This document shows positions 57,853-64,000 of a stretch of 64,000 bases of DNA, one piece after another. Location: contig CAYOLO010000001.1 of assembly GCA_964404855.1 (NCBI GenBank), forward strand, positions 530,736 through 594,735, read 5' to 3'. How positions within the stretch are numbered: position 1 is the stretch's first letter; each line of letters opens with the position of its first letter. Position numbers and translations under genes: made by a program. The notes under the pieces are model-generated. The model was not told the origin of the DNA and ran no database searches. It worked only from the letters and a program-made list of their open reading frames with translations. The stretch comes from an uncultured Gammaproteobacteria bacterium. GTDB lineage: Bacteria > Patescibacteriota > Microgenomatia > CAYQLK01.

Positions 57853-59459
57853 AATTCTCATTAAATTTTTCGTTTGATTTAAAACGATTTTCATTTCTAA
57901 ACCGCGAAAAAGTTTGGGTATTTGTTATGCTCTTGGTTGTTTCTGGAGTTTCGATTGGAAGTTTTATTTTTTACTGGCAGAATGGTTTGGGCTTGTCTTA
58001 TAACGATGCACGATCCCATTTAGATATAGGCAGACGTGTTGTAGAGGGATTGAAGCCTGGTATTGCTCAGCTAGGTTCTGTTTGGTTGCCATTACCTCAT
58101 GCTCTTATGATTCCGACTATTTGGGATGACTGGATGTGGCATTCAGGTTTGTCTGGAGCAATTATTTCAATGCTATCTTTTGTTTCAACTTGTGGAGTTA
58201 TTTATATGTATCTAAAGAAAATTCATGTTGGTCTTTTAGGAAGACTGACAGGGGTTACGGTTTTTGCAACTAACTTAAATGTTTTGTATCTGCAGTCAAC
58301 AGCGATGACAGAACTATTGTTAATAGCTCTTATGACAACTGGGTCTTATTACCTGCTCAACTATATGCAGACAAATAAAATAATTGATTTGGTAAAAGCT
58401 GGATTTTGGGTGATGCTTTCTACTTTGACTAGATATGATGGTTGGTTATTGCTTGCTATAACTGCAGCTCTGGTTACAGGTAGGGCGTATTTTACTAGAG
58501 GATACAAAGCCGCAGAAGGCGTATTTTTGATGTTCTGTACTCTAGCAGGACTTGGCGTAATTTTATGGCTACTTTGGAACCAGCTTATTTTTAAGGACTT
58601 TTTATATTTTGCACTTGGGCCTTATTCAGCAAGATCTCAACAAAAACAACTTGAAGATGCTGGGGTTTTAGCTACGAAGTTTAATATTTTGTTTTCCATA
58701 AAAACTTACACTTATGCGCTGGTCTATAATATTGGACTTGTACCAATTATTTTGAGTGTGGTTGGAGCGATTGTTGCCGTCTGGGATAAAAAGCTTACTA
58801 CAAATACCAAATTTGCGTTAATTGCACTGTTTTCTCCCTTAATATTTAATATTTTGGCTTTGTATTTGGGTCATTCGGTTTTGTTTGTTCAAGGAATTTC
58901 TGGGGACACTTGGTTTAATGTTAGATATGGAATAATGATGATACCGACGGTTGCAATATTTGCAGGATTTTTACTAGATAGACTTGTTAAGTTGAGGATT
59001 GTTTTTATTGGATTATTCCTATTAGTAACGTTTTTCTCTTTTATTAACGCGGATACTGTAACGATTGATGATGCCAGAGTCGGTTCTAGTCAGAAAAATG
59101 TGTCAGAAGTATCTGGTTGGTTGGAAAAATATGCGAAAAACGAAAAGGGTTTTGTGATGATTTCTGCAGCTAGTCATGATGCGATAATTTTTTCATCAAA
59201 TTTACCGATGAAGAGATTTATTCATGAAGGTACGGGCGCATACTGGGACGCTGCTAGCGAGAATCCTGATTTGTGGGCAAGATGGATAATAATGAGAACT
59301 AATGATATGAATGATTCTACATTCAGGAACGTAATGGACAAACCTGGGCTTGCTAATTATGATTTAGTCGGTAAATATCCGTTTGCTGATATTTATGAGC
59401 TAAATGAGAAATATTTAAAGGATTTAAACACTAAGCCAGTTTTTAAGGGGCAAAAATGA
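57849..59459 (+). CDS. polytopic membrane protein, possible GT-C-type glycosyltransferase
   Basis: 536 aa, multi-TM, soluble C-terminal ~130 aa. Overlaps the previous gene by 4 nt. Confidence 0.4.
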   Translation: MKFSLNFSFDLKRFSFLNREKVWVFVMLLVVSGVSIGSFIFYWQNGLGLSYNDARSHLDIGRRVVEGLKPGIAQLGSVWLPLPHALMIPTIWDDWMWHSGLSGAIISMLSFVSTCGVIYMYLKKIHVGLLGRLTGVTVFATNLNVLYLQSTAMTELLLIALMTTGSYYLLNYMQTNKIIDLVKAGFWVMLSTLTRYDGWLLLAITAALVTGRAYFTRGYKAAEGVFLMFCTLAGLGVILWLLWNQLIFKDFLYFALGPYSARSQQKQLEDAGVLATKFNILFSIKTYTYALVYNIGLVPIILSVVGAIVAVWDKKLTTNTKFALIALFSPLIFNILALYLGHSVLFVQGISGDTWFNVRYGIMMIPTVAIFAGFLLDRLVKLRIVFIGLFLLVTFFSFINADTVTIDDARVGSSQKNVSEVSGWLEKYAKNEKGFVMISAASHDAIIFSSNLPMKRFIHEGTGAYWDAASENPDLWARWIIMRTNDMNDSTFRNVMDKPGLANYDLVGKYPFADIYELNEKYLKDLNTKPVFKGQK

Positions 59460-60352
59460 AAACATTAAAACCTCCAAAGGTTTCAATTGTCATTGCTGCT
59501 CATAATGAGGAAAAGAACATTCAAAATATTTTAAATTCGATTGCTCTTCAGGTAATGAATGATTTTGTTTTGTGCGAAATATTAGTATTCTTGGACGGAT
59601 GCACTGATACAACTAAAGAGAAAATATTAAATCTAGAATCGATATTGCCTATTGAAATTATCGATGATAAAAAAAGACTTGGAAAGGCACAAAGAGTAGC
59701 TCAAAGTATTAAAATTTCCAATGGACAAATTATTGTTTTTTTGGATGCAGATGTAGTTTTTATAGGGAAGCATTCATTGCAAAATTTAGTTTTTAGTTTT
59801 AGAAATTCAAGAGTCGGTCTTGTGTCGGGGAATGATTTGCCAAAAATCCCAAAAAATCACATTCAAAAAGTCTCCTCATATTTTTTTGAGACATGGGGTC
59901 AGATAAGAAAATCAAAACAAGATTCAATTCATAATATTCATGGAGCATTTTATGCAATAAAAACTCAAAGTTTTCTAAAAATAAAAATTCCAAAGGATTT
60001 GATATCAGACGATCAGTTTTTCTATATTTTTGCTAAAAAAAACAATATTGGTTTCGTTTTTTGTGAAGACGCTACTGTAAGCTTTGAACTGCCAAGTTCG
60101 CTATTTGGATATCTGCGACAATCTGCTAGATTTATTTTCTTTAATAAAAATATGTTTAAAGAGTTGGACGGTATAAATGAAAAATATCAGAGCCTCCCAA
60201 AACCGCAATATTTCAGTATTTTATTTAAAAGGTTTTTAAGGAACCCAATATATTTAACAGAGGCAATAATTTTGCAAATAATCGTAAGACTGTTTATTCA
60301 TCAGCTTACTAGAGATATTAATAGAGGTAAATGGCAACAGATCAACAAATGA
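59456..60352 (+). CDS. GT2 glycosyltransferase
   Basis: VSIVIAAHNEEKNI...LDGCTDTT...LDADV. Confidence 0.75.
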   Translation: MKTLKPPKVSIVIAAHNEEKNIQNILNSIALQVMNDFVLCEILVFLDGCTDTTKEKILNLESILPIEIIDDKKRLGKAQRVAQSIKISNGQIIVFLDADVVFIGKHSLQNLVFSFRNSRVGLVSGNDLPKIPKNHIQKVSSYFFETWGQIRKSKQDSIHNIHGAFYAIKTQSFLKIKIPKDLISDDQFFYIFAKKNNIGFVFCEDATVSFELPSSLFGYLRQSARFIFFNKNMFKELDGINEKYQSLPKPQYFSILFKRFLRNPIYLTEAIILQIIVRLFIHQLTRDINRGKWQQINK

Positions 60353-61251
60353 AAAGTAAGAACAATATTACAATTACACTTGGTATCCCCACTTGTTATG
60401 GAGGAATTGGTTTGTTGCGAACAGTAAAGAGCATACTAAAGAGTGCAAAAGACTATCCAAAGTTTGAATTTTTGATTTTCGCAGATAGTGTGCCTTTTCC
60501 AGATGAATTAAAGAACAAATTAATAGAACTCGGTGTAAAACTAAAAGAAAATAATGGTTCTGAGAGTCAGCTTGCAAAAATTGGTCAAATTATTTCAAAT
60601 GCTTCTGGAGAAATACTTATTCTTACGCAGGATGACGTAAGGTTTGGCTCAAAAACCGTAGATGAAATAGTCAAGAAGTTTCAAACAAATGATGATGTTG
60701 GTATGGTTACAGTCAATATTCAGCCTGAACCATCCGAATCGTTCATGGAACGAGTTGTTCTTCCAGGGAGCAATATCTCTTATTTAATCAGTCAATTGTG
60801 GAATAAAGGTGATAATTATTTGGCCGCAAATGGTCGATGTTTAGCATTTAACATTGAAGATGCTAGGAAAATGAGAATGCCCAACAAACTAGTCAACTCA
60901 GACGCTTATATTTATTTTGAAATGAAAAGAATTCGATCAAAAGTTGTGCATGCTTCAAAAGCAATAGTATATAATCGCAACCCACAAAATATTCATGATT
61001 TTTTAAAACAAGCCGGAAGATTTCGCATTTCCCAATTTGAGCTTGTGCCCTATTTCAATTTTGATTTGTGTGATTTTTATCGTATTCCAAAATCTATTAG
61101 TTTTAGAGCATTTATTCAGATTCTTATTAAAAATCCTTTTTATACATTTTGTTACATTTTTCTCTTGATATTTAGTAGACAAAAAAAGACAAATTTTGAG
61201 GCTAATTCAAATGTCATGTGGGAAGCTGCTACTTCGACAAAATCTAAATAA
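60331..61251 (+). CDS. GT2-like glycosyltransferase (divergent)
   Basis: ITITLGIPTCYGG...LTQDDV (DxD). Confidence 0.5.
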   Translation: MATDQQMKSKNNITITLGIPTCYGGIGLLRTVKSILKSAKDYPKFEFLIFADSVPFPDELKNKLIELGVKLKENNGSESQLAKIGQIISNASGEILILTQDDVRFGSKTVDEIVKKFQTNDDVGMVTVNIQPEPSESFMERVVLPGSNISYLISQLWNKGDNYLAANGRCLAFNIEDARKMRMPNKLVNSDAYIYFEMKRIRSKVVHASKAIVYNRNPQNIHDFLKQAGRFRISQFELVPYFNFDLCDFYRIPKSISFRAFIQILIKNPFYTFCYIFLLIFSRQKKTNFEANSNVMWEAATSTKSK

Positions 61252-61342
61252 TTATAGGTTTACATTTAAGTAATTATACTATAGAATATCTACAATTAAT
61301 ATTTAACTAAAATTAATAATTAACTAACAAGTATTATAGGTT

Positions 61343-62116
61343 ATGAAAGCATTAATATTAGCTGGTGGGTTTGGAACCCGAATTAGTGAAGAGTCTGGAA
61401 TCAGGCCAAAACCGATGGTAGAAATCGGAGGTAAGCCTATTTTGTGGCATATAATGAAGATATACTCTTCCTATGGCATAAATGATTTTGTCATCCTTTG
61501 TGGTTATAAAAGTCATGTTATTAAGGAATATTTTGCTAACTACCCGCTTTATAATTCAGACGTGACGTTTGATATTGCAAATCATACTCAAATTATTCAC
61601 AAAAACGCCTCTGAAAATTGGAAGGTAACTCTTGTCGAAACGGGTGAAGATACTCTTACAGGTGGACGAATAAAGCGTGCGAAAGAATATATTGGGGATG
61701 AAACGTTTTGTCTGACTTACGGTGATGGCGTTGCAGATATTAATATAGATAAGCTGGTCAAGTTTCATAAGAAAAATGGAACAAAAGCTACGGTTACGGC
61801 CGTTCAACCTACTGGACGATTTGGAGTGTTCAATCTTCAAGCTGATGAAATTAAAGTTGCTAGTTTTAGAGAAAAAGAGGCCGTTGATGGCGGGTGGATA
61901 AATGGTGGATTTTTTGTACTTGAGCCATCTATTCTTGATTATATTGTTGATGATTCGACGGTTTGGGAACAAGATCCAATGAAAGTCTTGGCCAATGAAG
62001 GTAATCTTGCTTCCTTTAAACATTCGGGTTTTTGGCAGTGTATGGATACTTTGAGAGACAAAAATTATTTAGAAGAATTATGGCAAAAAGGAGAAGCTCC
62101 ATGGAAAAATTGGTAA
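61343..62116 (+). CDS. rfbF: glucose-1-phosphate cytidylyltransferase
   Basis: MKALILAGGFGTRISEESGIRPKPMVEIGGKPILWHIMKIYSSYGINDFVILCGYKSHVIKEYFANY is near-identical in pattern to RfbF/DdhA. Confidence 0.9.
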   Translation: MKALILAGGFGTRISEESGIRPKPMVEIGGKPILWHIMKIYSSYGINDFVILCGYKSHVIKEYFANYPLYNSDVTFDIANHTQIIHKNASENWKVTLVETGEDTLTGGRIKRAKEYIGDETFCLTYGDGVADINIDKLVKFHKKNGTKATVTAVQPTGRFGVFNLQADEIKVASFREKEAVDGGWINGGFFVLEPSILDYIVDDSTVWEQDPMKVLANEGNLASFKHSGFWQCMDTLRDKNYLEELWQKGEAPWKNW

Positions 62117-63150
62117 ATCATCAAAAAATATTATTAACTGGTATTGACGGTTATATTGGTGTGCAGCTTGCACAAACTTTGGTCAAAAATGGTTTTAAGG
62201 TCATTGGATTGGATACAGGTTATTACCGAAATGCTTGGCTTTATAATGGAGTGACTGAAATTTTCCCATCAGTCGTGACTAAGGATATACGTGAAGTCAC
62301 AGCTGAGGACCTTAAGGGATTTGATGCAGTAGTGCATCTTGCTGAATTGTCTAATGATCCATTGGGCCAAAATGATCCCGAGTTGACCTTCGACATTAAT
62401 CATAGAGGAACGATGAATTTAGCAAATTGTGCTAAAGAAGCAGGAGTTAAAAAGTTTGTTTATTTTTCATCGTGTAGTGTATATGGAGCATCAGATAATA
62501 TTGCAAATGAAAATAGTCCTGTTAATCCCCTTACTGCATATGCGCAAAGCAAAATAATGAATGAGGAAGCATTAATGAAACTGGCTGATGATAATTTTAG
62601 CCCTACAATAATGCGTAATGCTACGGCGTATGGTGCTAGTCCACGGATGAGATTTGACCTTGTTGTTAATAATCTTGCAGGATTAGCTTGGACTACTGGT
62701 GAAATAAAGATGGACAGCGACGGAACACCATGGAGGCCATTGGTTCATATTCTTGATATATCAAAAGCAGTTGTGTGTATCTTAAATGCAAAGAAGAGTG
62801 TTGTTCATAACGAAATATTTAATATTGGGGATACAAAGGCAAATTACCAGATTAAACAAATTGCTGAGATAATCGGTAAAACATTTACAGATTGCAAAAT
62901 ATCTTTTAATTCAAATTCTTCAGACAAGCGTAATTATAGAGTTAACTTTGATAAAATTAATTCTACATTGCCTGGATTTGCATGTGACTGGACTGTCGAA
63001 ATGGCGGTTAAAGAACTTGAAGACATTTTTAAAAATATTAATATGACGGAAGAAACTTTTAAGTCGAAGAATTTTACAAGATTAAAACAGATCGATTGGC
63101 TTAAAGAAACTGGTCAAATCGATGGAAAATTATTTTGGAGGAATAAATAA
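62101..63150 (+). CDS. NAD-dependent epimerase/dehydratase family protein (extended SDR)
   Basis: Start at the ATG preceded by SD AAAGGAG. LLTGIDGYIG (GxxGxxG variant), SSCSVYG, YAQSK. Not RfbG-like. Confidence 0.7.
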   Translation: MEKLVNHQKILLTGIDGYIGVQLAQTLVKNGFKVIGLDTGYYRNAWLYNGVTEIFPSVVTKDIREVTAEDLKGFDAVVHLAELSNDPLGQNDPELTFDINHRGTMNLANCAKEAGVKKFVYFSSCSVYGASDNIANENSPVNPLTAYAQSKIMNEEALMKLADDNFSPTIMRNATAYGASPRMRFDLVVNNLAGLAWTTGEIKMDSDGTPWRPLVHILDISKAVVCILNAKKSVVHNEIFNIGDTKANYQIKQIAEIIGKTFTDCKISFNSNSSDKRNYRVNFDKINSTLPGFACDWTVEMAVKELEDIFKNINMTEETFKSKNFTRLKQIDWLKETGQIDGKLFWRNK

Positions 63151-63689
63151 TGAAATTTTTAGAGACAAAACTAAAAGGTGCTTATGTTGTCGAGTTAGAA
63201 AAAAGAGAAGACGACCGAGGTTTTTTTGCTAGAACTTGGTGTAAGAATGAGCTAGAGGCAATTGGACTTAATGCTAGTGCTGTTCAAATGAACATGAGTC
63301 GAAGCAACAAAATCGGAACACTTAGAGGTATGCATTATCAGGCGCTGCCTTTTGGTGAAACAAAATTGATTCGAGTAACTAAAGGAAAAGTTTTTGATGT
63401 AATTATTGATCTTCGACCAGAATCAGAAACATATAAACAGTGGTTTGGAGTTGAACTAAGTGATGAGAATTATAAAATGCTATTTGTGCCAGAAATGTTT
63501 GCTCACGGCTTTGTTACATTGACTGATGATGTTGAGGTTACTTATTTGGTAACTCAATTCTATACTCCAGAAGCAGAAAGGGCTGTAAGGTACAATGATC
63601 CACAATTCGCTATTGTATGGCCAGTTCCAATTACATCAGTTTCCGATAAAGATGCAAATGTAGAAGATTATATGGAGGAAATAAAGTAA
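63150..63689 (+). CDS. rmlC: sugar-nucleotide 3,5-epimerase (RmlC family)
   Basis: RGFFARTW...GTLRGMHYQ...KLIRVTKGKVFDVIIDLR...FVPEMFAHGF is canonical RmlC. Confidence 0.85.
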   Translation: MKFLETKLKGAYVVELEKREDDRGFFARTWCKNELEAIGLNASAVQMNMSRSNKIGTLRGMHYQALPFGETKLIRVTKGKVFDVIIDLRPESETYKQWFGVELSDENYKMLFVPEMFAHGFVTLTDDVEVTYLVTQFYTPEAERAVRYNDPQFAIVWPVPITSVSDKDANVEDYMEEIK

Positions 63690-64000
63690 TGATACTTATA
63701 GATTCGGCTCTTGCAAAACTAGAAAAAAGTGGAAAACCGATTCGTGTTGGAATGGTTGGCGCTGGTTTTATGGCAAAAGGCGTTGTTTTGGAAATCGAAA
63801 AATATACTAAGGGAATGAAACTGGTCGCTATTTCAAATAGGCATCCAGAGAAAGCTAAGGAAATATATGAGACGGCTGGTGTTTCTAATTCTGGTCTAAT
63901 TTCAACAGTTGAGGAATTAGAAATTCGGATTGATAATGGTGAATATTCATACACAGACAATGCTGATTTACTTTGCAGAGCAAAAAATATTGATGCCATA
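63689..64000 (+). CDS. NAD(P)-binding oxidoreductase (Gfo/Idh/MocA-like), 3'-partial (runs off window end)
   Basis: ATG overlaps the rmlC stop (TAATG). IRVGMVGAGFMAKG Rossmann motif. Not in the ORF track because it is open-ended. Confidence 0.5.
   Translation, partial: MILIDSALAKLEKSGKPIRVGMVGAGFMAKGVVLEIEKYTKGMKLVAISNRHPEKAKEIYETAGVSNSGLISTVEELEIRIDNGEYSYTDNADLLCRAKNIDAI

Noticed and set aside
1-64000. Alternative genetic code (UGA=Gly, code 25) as in some small-genome candidate phyla
   Set aside because: Standard-code ORFs are long and gap-free (up to 6.1 kb) and the tRNA-Trp anticodon is CCA. No UCA-anticodon tRNA was seen.
1-64000. CRISPR arrays, IS elements/transposases, integrases, rRNA genes
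   Set aside because: No short direct-repeat/spacer periodicity was seen in any intergenic gap. No DDE/HUH/tyrosine-recombinase motifs were recognised in any ORF. No rRNA-like sequence was seen.

Overview
This 64-kb window comes from a low-GC bacterial chromosome. By eye, housekeeping genes are moderately AT-rich, two long glycan loci are far more AT-rich, and three short patches are conspicuously GC-rich. The standard genetic code appears to apply, because ORFs are long and uninterrupted and the tRNA-Trp carries a CCA anticodon. Content by region: (i) 1-10.6 kb is an AT-rich ABC-transporter-dependent glycan locus (galE fragment, GtrA/GtrB-like pair, GT2/GT4 glycosyltransferases, SAM methyltransferase, Wzt/Wzm-like exporter, RmlC-like cupin). 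(ii) 10.6-25.5 kb holds housekeeping genes (mgtE, DEAD-box helicase, RRM protein, DsbB/BdbC, BtpA-like, HAD, PfkB-like) interrupted by GC-rich segments. Those segments carry an orphan 361-aa protein, a T-box-type leader plus a lone trpD-like gene, and tRNA-Trp - terminator - trpS. The TrpRS carries a ~180-aa N-terminal extension with two AroQ (chorismate mutase)-like helical repeats. (iii) 25.5-34.6 kb is a MacB/FtsX-type ABC transporter translationally coupled to a 2045-aa signal-anchored surface protein (LamG-like domains, ~14 tandem ~52-aa repeats, FN3 array). (iv) 34.8-43.3 kb is housekeeping (MFS, typA, RsuA-family, DacA-like carboxypeptidase, tRNA-Pro/Leu/Gly) plus a secreted Cys-rich protein / DUF2207-like pair. 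(v) 43.3-64 kb is a second very AT-rich glycan locus starting right after tRNA-Gly. It contains a tandem methyltransferase, SDR, cytochrome b5-like lipoprotein, GT-C-like membrane proteins, a 1365-aa GT2(QxxRW)-Wzx-like-GT4 triple fusion, a kinase-like protein, a CE4 deacetylase, several GT2s and rfbF-epimerase-rmlC-oxidoreductase nucleotide-sugar genes. Six tRNAs were found by eye. No CRISPR array, transposase or integrase was recognised. The best candidates for a previously undescribed system are the GC-rich Trp-related module (T-box-type leader + lone trpD-like; tRNA-Trp-terminator-trpS with the AroQ-like extension), the giant repeat protein coupled to the ABC transporter, and the GT2-Wzx-like-GT4 triple fusion. 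All coordinates of RNA elements were derived by hand and may be off by a few nt.
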